Assembly: GCA_902772805.1 (NCBI GenBank)
Contig: CACYCC010000014.1
Location: forward strand, 1 to 42,897
From: an uncultured Lachnospiraceae bacterium
GTDB taxonomy: Bacteria > Bacillota > Clostridia > Lachnospirales > Lachnospiraceae
DNA: 42,897 nt
Reading direction: 5' to 3'
Made by a program: the position numbers and the translations under genes. The notes under the pieces are model-generated. The model was given only the letters and a program-made list of their open reading frames with translations. It was not told the origin of the DNA and ran no database searches. Position 1 is the stretch's first letter, and every line of letters starts with the position of its first letter. Below, one piece after another: positions 9,455 to 20,133 of the stretch.

Positions 9455-12400
9455 ATGGCAAAAAGAACAGACATCAAAAAAGTACTGATAATCGGGTCGG
9501 GACCGATCATCATAGGACAGGCGTGCGAATTTGACTATTCCGGCACACAGGCCTGCAAAGCTTTACGAAAACTCGGATACGAGATCGTGCTGGTCAACTC
9601 AAACCCCGCAACGATCATGACAGACCCCGGCATTGCCGATGTTACCTATATAGAGCCTCTTAATGTTAAGCGTCTTGAGCAGATAATCGCAAAAGAACGC
9701 CCCGATGCCATCCTTCCAAACCTTGGCGGACAGTCGGGACTTAACCTGTGCTCGGAACTTGCAACCGAGGGAATACTTGATAAATACGGCGTTAAGGTCA
9801 TTGGTGTTCAGGTTGACGCGATCGAACGCGGCGAGGACAGAATAGAATTCAAGAATACCATGAACAAGCTCGGCATCGAGATGGCCAGAAGTGAGGTTTC
9901 ATATTCGGTTGACGAGGCGCTTGCGATCGCAGACAAGCTCGGATATCCCGTGGTACTTCGTCCCGCATATACGATGGGCGGAGCCGGCGGCGGTCTCGTT
10001 TACAACAAAGAGGAACTGCGTACCGTCTGCGAAAGAGGTCTTAAGGCTTCACTTGTGGGACAGGTTCTTGTCGAAGAGTCGATACTCGGATGGGAAGAAC
10101 TTGAGCTTGAGGTTGTACGTGATGCCAAAGGCCAGATGATAACCGTATGTTTCATCGAAAACATCGATCCCCTCGGTGTTCATACCGGTGACTCTTTCTG
10201 CTCGGCTCCCATGCTTACGATCTCCGAAGATGTGCAAAAAGAACTTCAGCGTCAGGCCTACAAGATCGTTGACGAAGTAGGCGTTATCGGCGGTACCAAC
10301 GTTCAGTTCGGACACGATCCCAAATCGGGACGTATCGTGGTAATAGAGATCAATCCCAGAACTTCCAGATCTTCGGCACTTGCTTCCAAGGCAACGGGAT
10401 TCCCGATCGCGCTTGTATCGGCAATGCTGGCATCGGGACTTACCCTTGACGAGATCCCCTGCGGTAAGTACGGTTCGCTTGATAAATATGTTCCCGACGG
10501 CGATTATGTCGTTATCAAGTTCGCCCGCTGGGCATTCGAGAAATTCAAAGGTGTTGAAGACAAGCTCGGCACACAGATGCGTGCCGTAGGTGAAGTCATG
10601 AGCATCGGTAAGACCTACAAAGAAGCTTTCCAGAAGGCTATCAGAAGTCTTGAGATCGGCAGATACGGTCTCGGATTTGGTGCGGATTTTAACGAGAAGA
10701 GCCTTGAAGAACTTTATAAGCTCTTAAGCTTCCCTACCAGCCAGAGACAGTTCATCATATATGAAGCCATCAGAAAAGGCGCCGATCTTGAAAAACTTTA
10801 CGATCTTACCAAGATCAAGATGTATTTCCTTGAGCAGATGAAGGAACTTGTTGACGAAGAAGAAGAGATCCTTAAATACAAGGGCTCCATGCTTCCCGAC
10901 GATGTACTCATAAAGGCCAAGAAAGACGGTTTTGCGGATAAGTATCTTTCAAAGATCTTAGAGATCCCCGAAGAGGATATCCGTAACCGCCGTATAGACA
11001 TCGGATGCGAAGAACAGTGGGAAGGCGTACATGTAAGCGGTACCGAGAACAGCGCATATTACTATTCAAGCTATAACTGCGAAGACGGTGACAAAGTCAA
11101 CACAGACCGTCAGAAGATCATGATCTTAGGCGGCGGTCCCAACAGGATCGGTCAGGGTATCGAATTTGACTATTGTTCGGTTCATGCGGCACTTGCTCTC
11201 AAGAAGCTCGGATTCGAGACGATCATAGTAAACTGTAACCCCGAGACGGTTTCAACCGACTACGATACATCCGATAAGCTCTATTTTGAGCCTCTTACTC
11301 TTGAAGATGTATTAAGTATTTACAAAAAAGAAAATCCTGTCGGCGTCATAGCACAGTTCGGAGGCCAGACTCCTCTTAACCTTGCAGCAGAGCTTAAAAA
11401 GAACGGCGTTAAGATACTGGGAACTTCACCTGAGGTAATCGATCTTGCGGAGGACAGAGATCAGTTCCGTGCAATGATGGATAAACTCGGAATTCCCATG
11501 CCCGAGGCGGGAATGGCAGTTACCGTTGACGATGCTTTAAAGGTAGCCGGTGAGATCGGTTATCCCGTAATGGTTCGTCCTTCGTACGTACTCGGCGGAC
11601 GCGGAATGGAAGTCGTACACGATGACGACTCCTTAGTTGAATACATGAAGGCAGCTATCGGCGTTACACCCGACAGGCCTATACTGATAGACAGATTCTT
11701 ACGTCACGCTACCGAATGTGAAGCAGATGCGATCTGTGACGGACAGCATGCATTTGTTCCCGCGGTTATGGAACATATCGAGCTTGCGGGTATCCATTCG
11801 GGTGACTCGGCTTGTATCATTCCTTCCATGAACATATCAGCCGAAAACTTAAAGACGATAGAAGATTATACACGTAAGATCGCCGAAGAGATGCATGTAC
11901 AAGGTCTTATGAACATGCAGTACGCGATCGAGAACGGCAAGGTCTACGTTATAGAAGCCAATCCCCGTGCATCCCGTACCGTACCGCTTGTATCAAAGGT
12001 ATGCGGCATTCAGATGGTACCTCTTGCAACAGAGATCGCAACACGTGAGATAACAGGCAAGCCTTCGCCCATCGCAGGCCTTAAGCAGTCGATAATCCCT
12101 TATCACGGTGTCAAGGAAGCGGTATTCCCCTTCAATATGTTCCCCGAAGTCGATCCCGTACTCGGACCCGAGATGCGTTCGACCGGTGAGGTTCTCGGAA
12201 TATCCGAAAACTTCGGCGAGGCATTCTTTAAAGCCCAGGAAGCAACTCAGACAATGCTTCCGCTTGAAGGAACGGCACTTGTGAGCGTCAACGACCGCGA
12301 CAAGCCCGAACTTCTCGATGTCATAAAGATCCTTGCCGATGCCGGCTTTGACTTTGTGGCAACCGGACGCACATATGAACTTATCAAAGAAGGCGGATTC

Positions 12401-12682
12401 AAGGTAAGGAAAGTTTCCAAGATGTATGAAGGACGTCCCGATGTATCGGACTTCATCATCAACAAGGAAGTTTCGCTTGTCATCAACACTCCCATCGGCA
12501 AGAAGGGTGCACAGGATGACTCATACATCCGTAAAGCAGCCATCAGAGCAAAAGTTCCTTACATCACCACGATGGCAGCCGCCAAGGCAACCGCTCTTGG
12601 TATTAAGGCAGTCAAGGAAGGCCATGTTTCCGCAGTCAAGTCACTTCAGGAACTTCATGCTTCCATCAGAAAAGCCGACTGA
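9455..12682 (+). CDS. carB: Carbamoyl-phosphate synthase large subunit
   Basis: IGSGPIIIGQACEFDYSG, second repeat GPNRIGQGIEFDY, EMRSTGE, C-terminal MGS domain; 1075 aa. Confidence 0.97.
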   Translation: MAKRTDIKKVLIIGSGPIIIGQACEFDYSGTQACKALRKLGYEIVLVNSNPATIMTDPGIADVTYIEPLNVKRLEQIIAKERPDAILPNLGGQSGLNLCSELATEGILDKYGVKVIGVQVDAIERGEDRIEFKNTMNKLGIEMARSEVSYSVDEALAIADKLGYPVVLRPAYTMGGAGGGLVYNKEELRTVCERGLKASLVGQVLVEESILGWEELELEVVRDAKGQMITVCFIENIDPLGVHTGDSFCSAPMLTISEDVQKELQRQAYKIVDEVGVIGGTNVQFGHDPKSGRIVVIEINPRTSRSSALASKATGFPIALVSAMLASGLTLDEIPCGKYGSLDKYVPDGDYVVIKFARWAFEKFKGVEDKLGTQMRAVGEVMSIGKTYKEAFQKAIRSLEIGRYGLGFGADFNEKSLEELYKLLSFPTSQRQFIIYEAIRKGADLEKLYDLTKIKMYFLEQMKELVDEEEEILKYKGSMLPDDVLIKAKKDGFADKYLSKILEIPEEDIRNRRIDIGCEEQWEGVHVSGTENSAYYYSSYNCEDGDKVNTDRQKIMILGGGPNRIGQGIEFDYCSVHAALALKKLGFETIIVNCNPETVSTDYDTSDKLYFEPLTLEDVLSIYKKENPVGVIAQFGGQTPLNLAAELKKNGVKILGTSPEVIDLAEDRDQFRAMMDKLGIPMPEAGMAVTVDDALKVAGEIGYPVMVRPSYVLGGRGMEVVHDDDSLVEYMKAAIGVTPDRPILIDRFLRHATECEADAICDGQHAFVPAVMEHIELAGIHSGDSACIIPSMNISAENLKTIEDYTRKIAEEMHVQGLMNMQYAIENGKVYVIEANPRASRTVPLVSKVCGIQMVPLATEIATREITGKPSPIAGLKQSIIPYHGVKEAVFPFNMFPEVDPVLGPEMRSTGEVLGISENFGEAFFKAQEATQTMLPLEGTALVSVNDRDKPELLDVIKILADAGFDFVATGRTYELIKEGGFKVRKVSKMYEGRPDVSDFIINKEVSLVINTPIGKKGAQDDSYIRKAAIRAKVPYITTMAAAKATALGIKAVKEGHVSAVKSLQELHASIRKAD

Positions 12683-12724
12683 TCGTCAAAACCGGACGGT
12701 AATAATGAATAATATGCACTTTTT

Positions 12725-12755
12725 AGGGGCTTCGAGCGATCGAAGCCCCTTTTTT
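12725..12755 (+). terminator. Intrinsic terminator after carB
   Basis: AGGGGCTTCGA-gcga-TCGAAGCCCCT followed by a T tract. Confidence 0.88.
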
Positions 12756-12910
12756 CTTAAATTTTCTTAAAGCCTTTTTAATGAATCATTCAGTTTTTCA
12801 CAAAGTCCTCTTCAGAACTCTACTGTATATTTATTAATTGTAAGAAAAAAGTATGATAAAAAGCCGGAGTAATAACCTCAAGGGGTGCGGACGGCATGAG
12901 GGGAGAAGAG

Positions 12911-15073
12911 ATGAAAAAGTTTTTACGTTCCATCGCACTTGCAGCTGCGATGACAATGATCCCTTTACTGATCGCGGGATGCGGCGGTAAAGAAAAACCC
13001 GATCCTGTGGATGACGGATACATATACGTTCCCACCATTCATAACATTGAACTCGGAGTAGGCGAAACGGCAGATATGATAAAGCTTGAAAACGGAAAGA
13101 TCCGGTACTCGCTTACCAAACATGACAAAGATTACAACTTAACATCTTTGAAGATCCATTCCGAAGATATCGACGGAAGCAATGTTTCGGAGATCGAATT
13201 AAAAGACCCTTTTGAAAAAGAAGAATATCTTCAGAATATATATTATTATGAAGATTCAACAAAGATCATGACGGTAAAATATGATAAGGAGGAAGTGGCC
13301 TCATACAGTTTTAAGACTTTCGACAGATCCGGAAACTGTATATCCAATGAACCCATTACCGATCTTAATAACGAAAATCCCTCTTATCTGACGCCGGGCG
13401 GTGTCGATGCACAGGGAAACTATATATTTACCGACGACTATAATATATACAAGCTTTCACCCGAAGGAAAACTGATCGACAAGGTAACACATGATTCTTT
13501 CGTAATGGATGCTTTTACCGACAACAGCGGAAATGTTTATGTAAGAACCTTCGACAATACGGGATCGTTCTTAAAAAAGGTCGATTTTGAAAAAAAGAAA
13601 ATAGGCGAAAATCTTAAAAACGTACCGGACGATGTAGGTAAAATGTTTGATATCGGTGACGGAAAGTACCTTATGTTTACATCGGACTGGCTGTGTGAAT
13701 ATTCTCTCGAAGCGGGCGATTACGAAAAGATCGTTAAATACATGGATATCGATATGCCTTCTCCCATGCCCGATGCGGCCTGGAAAAACGACGACGGTTC
13801 CATTTCGTTTATTTATACCGACTGGAGCTCTCCGGATTCTCTTCCCGAGTATGTAACATTAAGAAAAGAAGTCAAGACCGCAGATTCGGATAAAAAAGAA
13901 CTTGTACTCGGAGTGGGAAATGCAGACGATGGTCTTAAAAATGCGGTGATGTCATATAACCGTTCAAACGGCGATTTCAGGATCGAAATACGCGAATATA
14001 CCGATGAAAAGACATGGAAGTTCGATTCGGATCGTTTAAAGGCGGATCTTTCCGCAGGAGCGCTTGATATAGTGGCTGTCAGAGATATCGAAGATGCATA
14101 CAGACCCGAAGACTATACCGATCTTACCAAATATTTAAACGAAGATAACGACATAGATATGGCCGATTACTTTGAAAATGTTTTCAAAGCTTCGGAATAT
14201 AAGGGAAAACTTAATTCGATCCCCACAGCGTTTGCGGTAAAGGGACTTGTAGTCAACAAGGATTATTTTAGCGGCAATTCATTTACGTATGATGATTATA
14301 TTAAACTCATAGAACAAAATCCGGATAAAAAGGTGCTTCCTTATTTTATGCCTGCCGACTTTTTGTATAACAGCGTGATCTACGGCGGCGATAAATTTGT
14401 GGATTATGATAATGCCAAATGCAATTTTGACTGTGAAGAGTTCATAAAACTCATGGAAGTATCCAAGAATCAGTTCTCCGACGAGAAAGCACTGGAAAAC
14501 TTTGATATTTTCTCATCTATCCAAAAAGGTGAAACGATAATATCAGATCTGAGCGTATATGATTATATGGAAGTTCAGATATATGCAAAGATACTCGGGG
14601 ACAAATTCAATCCCGTGGGATTTCCCGGAAAAGACGGCTCTTCGTTTGCGGTATATCCCGTTGCAAGTTATGCGATACCCGCCAACAGTAAAAACAAAGA
14701 CGGCGCATGGCAGTTTATAAGAACGCTTTTACTTGATAAGAATCAGGGATCTATGAATTCGCCAGCTTTCCCGGTCAAAACAAAGTTTTTTGAGCAGCAG
14801 ATCGACAGACTTTTAAACGGCAGTTCCAGCATGGGCGGATCGGTAATGACGGGAGATACGGTCATCGAACTCGGCGCACCTACTGCCGAAGATGTCGGGA
14901 TGATCAGAGATCTTGTGGATAAAGCGGAGCTTATCGTTCATGAGGATAAGGGTATTTACAATATCATCGCAGAAGAATATGACTCATACTCAAAAGGCGG
15001 TAAGAGTGCCGAAGAAGTAGCTAAGATAATACAAAGCCGTGTATCGATATATCTTGCCGAGCAGTACGGCTGA
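12911..15073 (+). CDS. Large lipoprotein: N-terminal beta-rich (propeller-like) region plus C-terminal sugar-type solute-binding domain
   Basis: MKK..LIAGC lipobox; C-terminal DLTKYL, GKLNSIP, GFPG, YAIPANSKNKDGAWQFI, VAKIIQSRVSIYLAE. Confidence 0.8.
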   Translation: MKKFLRSIALAAAMTMIPLLIAGCGGKEKPDPVDDGYIYVPTIHNIELGVGETADMIKLENGKIRYSLTKHDKDYNLTSLKIHSEDIDGSNVSEIELKDPFEKEEYLQNIYYYEDSTKIMTVKYDKEEVASYSFKTFDRSGNCISNEPITDLNNENPSYLTPGGVDAQGNYIFTDDYNIYKLSPEGKLIDKVTHDSFVMDAFTDNSGNVYVRTFDNTGSFLKKVDFEKKKIGENLKNVPDDVGKMFDIGDGKYLMFTSDWLCEYSLEAGDYEKIVKYMDIDMPSPMPDAAWKNDDGSISFIYTDWSSPDSLPEYVTLRKEVKTADSDKKELVLGVGNADDGLKNAVMSYNRSNGDFRIEIREYTDEKTWKFDSDRLKADLSAGALDIVAVRDIEDAYRPEDYTDLTKYLNEDNDIDMADYFENVFKASEYKGKLNSIPTAFAVKGLVVNKDYFSGNSFTYDDYIKLIEQNPDKKVLPYFMPADFLYNSVIYGGDKFVDYDNAKCNFDCEEFIKLMEVSKNQFSDEKALENFDIFSSIQKGETIISDLSVYDYMEVQIYAKILGDKFNPVGFPGKDGSSFAVYPVASYAIPANSKNKDGAWQFIRTLLLDKNQGSMNSPAFPVKTKFFEQQIDRLLNGSSSMGGSVMTGDTVIELGAPTAEDVGMIRDLVDKAELIVHEDKGIYNIIAEEYDSYSKGGKSAEEVAKIIQSRVSIYLAEQYG

Positions 15074-15131
15074 TCTTAAAAATACAGATCTGCTCTGCAG
15101 ATCATGAAAATACAGATCTGCTGAGCTGATC
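15070..15131. repeat. Imperfect 28-bp tandem repeat (about 2.2 copies)
   Basis: ctgatcttaaaaatacagatctgctctg / cagatcatgaaaatacagatctgctgag / ctgatc; exact core AAAATACAGATCTGCT occurs twice. Confidence 0.8.
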
Positions 15132-15153
15132 AATAATCAATATATGAAATGTT

Positions 15154-15185
15154 AAAAAAGGCGCCGGCTGAATGCCGGCGCCTTT
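15154..15185. terminator. Bidirectional terminator between convergent genes
   Basis: AAAAAAGGCGCCGGC-tgaat-GCCGGCGCCTTT. Confidence 0.85.
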
Positions 15186-15192
15186 GATATTT

Positions 15193-15885
15193 TTATTTGT
15201 CCTTTTCAAGAGCTTTATAAACAACAGCTGCTAAAGCCGCACCTACAAGGGGACCTACTATAAATACCCATACAACTGCGATGGGAACAGTGTTTCCCGA
15301 TATTGCCGCAACGATGGCGGGACCGAGACTTCTTGCGGGGTTAACGCTGGTTCCGGTAAGTCCTATGCCGAGGATATGTACAACAACGAGTGTGAAACCG
15401 ATAACAAGTCCGGCAAAAGATCCGTGAGAAGCCTTTGATGAAGTTACACCCAAAATTGCGATAACAAATATAAAAGTAAGAACTATCTCGACAAGAAGAC
15501 CTGCAACGGGATTATCTCCGACTCCGGTAAGACCGTTTGTTCCGAATCCGCCGGTTAAGTCGGGAACACCGCCGAGCTTAAAGATGAGAGCCAGTAATCC
15601 CGAGCCTGCAAATGCTCCGAGACACTGAGATATAACATAAGCAACAAATTCTTTGACATCCATGCCGCCGCTTAACAATACACCGAGAGATACGGCGGGA
15701 TTGATGTGACAACCCGAGATGTTACCGATACTGTAAGCCATTGCTACGATCGTAAGACCGAAGGCAAATGCCGTGAGCAGATATCCGCATCCCGAACTTG
15801 CATCGCATCCTACCAGCATTGCGGTACCGCAGCCCAGCACCACGAGAGTCATTGTTCCGATAAATTCAGCCAAATATTTCTTCAT
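15193..15885 (-). CDS. MIP family channel (aquaporin Z-like)
   Basis: AEFIGT, SGCHINPAVS and TSVNPARS (two NPA motifs); AGGAGG SD before the ATG at 15885. Confidence 0.93.
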   Translation of the reverse strand: MKKYLAEFIGTMTLVVLGCGTAMLVGCDASSGCGYLLTAFAFGLTIVAMAYSIGNISGCHINPAVSLGVLLSGGMDVKEFVAYVISQCLGAFAGSGLLALIFKLGGVPDLTGGFGTNGLTGVGDNPVAGLLVEIVLTFIFVIAILGVTSSKASHGSFAGLVIGFTLVVVHILGIGLTGTSVNPARSLGPAIVAAISGNTVPIAVVWVFIVGPLVGAALAAVVYKALEKDK

Positions 15886-15958
15886 TTGATCAACCCTCCT
15901 TATTTGCGGTATTTTGAATAATACCGATAACATGATTATAGCATTTTTGTGACGGATA

Positions 15959-15987
15959 TTGAATCGGTTCGATTTTAATTATATATT
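15959..15987 (+). promoter_or_regulatory. SigA promoter, probable leaderless transcript for the sensor operon
   Basis: TTGAAT-N17-TATATT, then 6 nt to the ATG at 15994; no SD. Confidence 0.55.
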
Positions 15988-15993
15988 ATTTAC

Positions 15994-17052
15994 ATGTCCG
16001 GCAAATTTTCATCGAAGATCAATTCCATAATTATACTGATGATCACGCTTATACTGGCGGGGCTTTCGGCTGCGCTTTTATTTTTCTTTTTTTCTTTTAA
16101 CAAAAAGCTCAACCGTACCGAGGAAGACACGGTATACAAAAGATACTATGCCATGATCACCGGTAACGACGAATCGAATTTTGTGGATTCCCTGTATGAT
16201 TCAATGATCGCCCACGCTACCGATCAGGAATCGTACGTAGAGATACTCTCCAAAAATCTTTCCCAGGAATATTCGGACCGGGAGCTTGTAAAGATAGCCA
16301 TAGCTTCGAATGTTGACGGCATCATCCTTTATGCCGATGACAACAGTGAATTGAGCGATCTGATAAACGAGGCCAATGAAAAGAACATTCCCGTTATAAC
16401 GCTCTTCAACGACTTTGACCTGTCCGAAAGGCTTTCTTTTGTCGGTATTTCCAACTACAACCTCGGCAAAGAATACGGAAATCTCATAATCGGGATGATG
16501 GACGAAAACATTTTAAAAGACGATGTGATCAAAGTCTGTGTGCTCGTGGATGCCAATTCGGGTGATTCGGGCCAGAATGTTTTGTTCAGCGCCATTTCCG
16601 AAACTATTGAAAAAGAACACAAGCTGCATCCCTATACTCATAAACCGGCTGAAGTCAGAGCTTATCCCGTTGACACCTCAAACAGTTTTTCGGTTGAGGA
16701 ATCTGTAAGGAATCTGTTAATGGACACTTCAACGGACAAACCCGATGTTGTGGTATGCCTTACCGAAAACGAGACTACCAGCATGTATCAGGCCGTTGTC
16801 GATTACAACGAGGTCGGAAGTATCAACATTTTGGGATTTTATGATTCTCCGGCCATATTAAAGGGTATAGAGAGAAACGTTATATATGCCACGATATCGA
16901 TCGATACCGACGAGATCGCAAAATCCTGTATAGATGCCTTAAGCGAATATTATGAGCTGGGAAATACAAGTGAATACAACACTGCGGACATCAAGGTCAT
17001 TAACCGCAGTAACCTGAATGAGTATAAAGAGGAGGACGAAAATGAGAAATAA
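15994..17052 (+). CDS. Membrane-anchored periplasmic-binding-protein-like accessory sensor protein
   Basis: N-terminal TM; IAIASNVDGII, NIPVIT, SFVGISNYNLGKEYG, GFYDS, ATISID resemble RbsB-type folds. Confidence 0.75.
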   Translation: MSGKFSSKINSIIILMITLILAGLSAALLFFFFSFNKKLNRTEEDTVYKRYYAMITGNDESNFVDSLYDSMIAHATDQESYVEILSKNLSQEYSDRELVKIAIASNVDGIILYADDNSELSDLINEANEKNIPVITLFNDFDLSERLSFVGISNYNLGKEYGNLIIGMMDENILKDDVIKVCVLVDANSGDSGQNVLFSAISETIEKEHKLHPYTHKPAEVRAYPVDTSNSFSVEESVRNLLMDTSTDKPDVVVCLTENETTSMYQAVVDYNEVGSINILGFYDSPAILKGIERNVIYATISIDTDEIAKSCIDALSEYYELGNTSEYNTADIKVINRSNLNEYKEEDENEK

Positions 17053-18520
17053 ATTTCGTAACCTCTCTTTACAATATAAGATAACATTCATCACGCTCTT
17101 GTTAAATCTTATCGTGTTTGCGATAAACGTTGTTCTTTTGGTGAGCATCAACAATATGTCCGACAGGATCGATTCGGTATACAGGGCGAACCTTCAGTTA
17201 AACGACATACAGTCCTCGCTTAATGAAGTTCAGGACAATATGACCGAATACTTAAACGTAAAAACGAGTGATGCGCTTGAGGATTATTACCGAAGCGCAC
17301 AGGCATACAGGAATCTGATCTCAGGTCTTGACAGCCGAATCACTCAAAGTCCGATAGGGCGTATGGGCCGGGCCATTTACAACATGTCCGAGAATTATCT
17401 TGACGAGACCGAACAGACGATAGAAGCCAAGCGAGGCCGTAATGTCGAAAAATATCATGTAAGATACGACGAGGCTACGGCTCTTTACGGATATATCAGC
17501 ACATATGTCTACAGTCTTAACAATGAGCAGTTCAGGGAAAACTCCGATAATTACCGTGAAATGGTCAATGCGTTCAGACTGTTTGAGACACTCGGTAACA
17601 TCATCATGTTCGGCGTTATCCTTTCCAATGCATTCCTTATCATGAGACTTACCGCCGAGCTCACAAGACCTCTTAAATCTCTTACCGGTATGGCGACGGA
17701 AGTTTCCAAGGGTAATTTTGACATAGAACCTTTACCTGTCTATTCCGAAGATGAGATCGGTGTCGTTACCAAGACCTTCAACAAGATGGTTGTCAGCATT
17801 CAGGACTATATCGTAAAGATCCGCGAGAGTGCCACCGTGGAGCAGCAGCTTAGGGAAAAAGAACTCCTGATGGAATCACATCTTAAGGATGCACAGCTTA
17901 AGTACTTACAGGCGCAGATAAATCCGCATTTTCTTTTTAATACGCTTAACGCGGGTGCGCAGCTTGCAATGATGGAAGGCGCGGACAGGACATATGAATA
18001 TGTTCAGGTCATGGCGGAGTTTTTCAGATATAATGTTAAGAAAGGTTCACAGACCGTTACGATAGGCGAGGAACTTGAACTGGTCGACAATTATATCTAT
18101 ATATTGAATGTTCGTTTTTCGGGTGATATCAAATACGAAAAAGAGATAGATAAGGCTCTTCTGGGTGTTGAGATGCCCAGCATGATCTTGCAGCCCATAG
18201 TCGAAAACTGTGTCAACCACGGTATACGCGACATGATGGGTGAAGGAAAGATAACCGTAAAGGTTTATTCGATCGATAACACCGCCTGCATAAGTGTCGA
18301 GGATAACGGTGTCGGAATGAGTGAGGAAACGATAGCAAGGCTCATGAGCGGTCAGCCCGTCACAAAAGATGACGGAAGGTCGTCGACCGGTATCGGAATG
18401 GATAACGTAATGGCAAGGCTTAAGCTGTTTGCCGGATACGATGAAGTTATGGGTATTGAGAGCGAAGGCGAAGGCAAGGGTTCAAAATTCACCATTTATC
18501 TTGATATGAAAGAAGCTTAG
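17042..18520 (+). CDS. YesM/LytS-type sensor histidine kinase
   Basis: Two TMs, HAMP (DEIG..FNKM), LQAQINPHFLFNTLN, LQPIVEN, DNGVG, GIGM. Confidence 0.93.
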   Translation: MRNKFRNLSLQYKITFITLLLNLIVFAINVVLLVSINNMSDRIDSVYRANLQLNDIQSSLNEVQDNMTEYLNVKTSDALEDYYRSAQAYRNLISGLDSRITQSPIGRMGRAIYNMSENYLDETEQTIEAKRGRNVEKYHVRYDEATALYGYISTYVYSLNNEQFRENSDNYREMVNAFRLFETLGNIIMFGVILSNAFLIMRLTAELTRPLKSLTGMATEVSKGNFDIEPLPVYSEDEIGVVTKTFNKMVVSIQDYIVKIRESATVEQQLREKELLMESHLKDAQLKYLQAQINPHFLFNTLNAGAQLAMMEGADRTYEYVQVMAEFFRYNVKKGSQTVTIGEELELVDNYIYILNVRFSGDIKYEKEIDKALLGVEMPSMILQPIVENCVNHGIRDMMGEGKITVKVYSIDNTACISVEDNGVGMSEETIARLMSGQPVTKDDGRSSTGIGMDNVMARLKLFAGYDEVMGIESEGEGKGSKFTIYLDMKEA

Positions 18521-18549
18521 TAAAAACAGTACGTACGAAACGGAGAACT

Positions 18550-20133
18550 ATGTACAAGATAATGCTTGCCGATGACGAAGGAATAGTCATCGATTCACTT
18601 AAGTTTATACTTGAAAAAGAATTCGGGGATGACATCGAGATACAGTTTGCCAAGACCGGAAGAAATGTTATCGAGCTTGCCGAACATTACAGACCCGATA
18701 TTGCGATAATGGATATCCAGATGCCGGGGATCAACGGTATCGATGCCATGCGTGAGATCAGAAGCACCAACGAAAATGTGATATTTATCGTAATGTCGGC
18801 GTATGACAAGTTCGACTATGCCCAGGAAGCCATGAAACTCGGTGCCATCGAATATATCACAAAACCGATGGACAGAGATAAGATGATCGCAGCCGTAAAA
18901 AGCGCGATGTCTCTTGTAAGCGAGATGAAGGACAGGCGTTCCAACGATCTTTTGGTACGCGAAAAACTGGAAACCGTAGTGCCGATACTTGAAAACGGAC
19001 TTATATACAATATCCTTTTCCAGGAACACTTTGAAGAGGATATAGAAAACTACAAGAACATGCTTGATATCCACAGCGAATTTGCCTATATGCTGGTGCT
19101 TGTCTCGGGTGATTCCAAGGAAGGCAACCACATGACCAACGCCGTGGGTGCAAGTGTCAGGCTCCAGCAGCACTACAAGGAAATACGTGAGTTTTTAAAA
19201 CAGTATTTTACATGTGTGGTCGGCAATGTCATGGGTAACAAGATCGCCGTTCTGGTGCCGTACGATAAGGCAAGTTTTGACTATGACGAGAGAGGAAGAG
19301 TGATAGCCAAGGCCAGAGAACTGGCACACAAACTATCGGAACGCACCGATATTTCTTTCAGAATAGGTATAGGGCGTGCAAATCTTATAGGAAAGATGGC
19401 GGAATCCTACAGAGAGGCGATCGATTCCCTCGTCATCACGACCAATACCGTGGCTCATGCCGATGACCTTCCGATAGGATGCGAATATGATACGGATTAC
19501 CCTATCAATACCGAAAAACAGCTGTTTGATGAGATAAGCCGCGGAAGAGTCGATGCGGCAATAAGGGCGGCAGCAGACTTTTTTGAATGGTTAAAAACTC
19601 AGGATATTATGGATGTAAGGCTTAAAGTGCTTGAGTTTTCACTTCGCGCGGAGAGTAAAGCCTATGAATCCGGAGGTATGACCTATAACGTTTCAAGCCG
19701 CCATGACTATCTTCCCACGGTAATGGGCTTAAACGATATGGACAGCTTATGGGAGTGGTTTCGCGACAGGATCACAAATTCGGTCACCCACATCTCAAAC
19801 AAAAACACCGAAACATCCAACGAGGTTGTGGAAGCGGCCAAAAAGTACATCGAAAGCAATTACAACAAAAATATCACGCTTGAAGACGTATCGATGCGTG
19901 TAAACATAAGCGCCTATTATTTAAGCCGTATTTTCAAAGAATCAACAGGCGAGAACTTTATCGATTATCTCACCAATTTAAGGATAGAACGGGCCAAGGA
20001 GCTTATCAGCACAACGCAGTATTCCATGAAAGAGATCTGTAATATGTGCGGATATTCCGATCCCAATTATTTTTCAAAGTCATTTAAAAAGAATGTCGGA
20101 GTTACTCCGACCGAGTACAGAGAGGGAAAGTAA
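18550..20133 (+). CDS. YesN-type response regulator (receiver plus AraC HTH)
   Basis: LADDE, MDIQMP, ITKP; C-terminal YLSRIFK..GYSDPNYFSKSFKKNVGVTPTEYR. Confidence 0.94.
   Translation: MYKIMLADDEGIVIDSLKFILEKEFGDDIEIQFAKTGRNVIELAEHYRPDIAIMDIQMPGINGIDAMREIRSTNENVIFIVMSAYDKFDYAQEAMKLGAIEYITKPMDRDKMIAAVKSAMSLVSEMKDRRSNDLLVREKLETVVPILENGLIYNILFQEHFEEDIENYKNMLDIHSEFAYMLVLVSGDSKEGNHMTNAVGASVRLQQHYKEIREFLKQYFTCVVGNVMGNKIAVLVPYDKASFDYDERGRVIAKARELAHKLSERTDISFRIGIGRANLIGKMAESYREAIDSLVITTNTVAHADDLPIGCEYDTDYPINTEKQLFDEISRGRVDAAIRAAADFFEWLKTQDIMDVRLKVLEFSLRAESKAYESGGMTYNVSSRHDYLPTVMGLNDMDSLWEWFRDRITNSVTHISNKNTETSNEVVEAAKKYIESNYNKNITLEDVSMRVNISAYYLSRIFKESTGENFIDYLTNLRIERAKELISTTQYSMKEICNMCGYSDPNYFSKSFKKNVGVTPTEYREGK

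Noticed and set aside
12705-12718. ArgR box near carB
   Set aside because: TGAAT-N3-ATGCA has a spacer one base short and lies downstream of carB
15070-15131. CRISPR array
   Set aside because: Two adjacent units with no unique spacers and no cas genes
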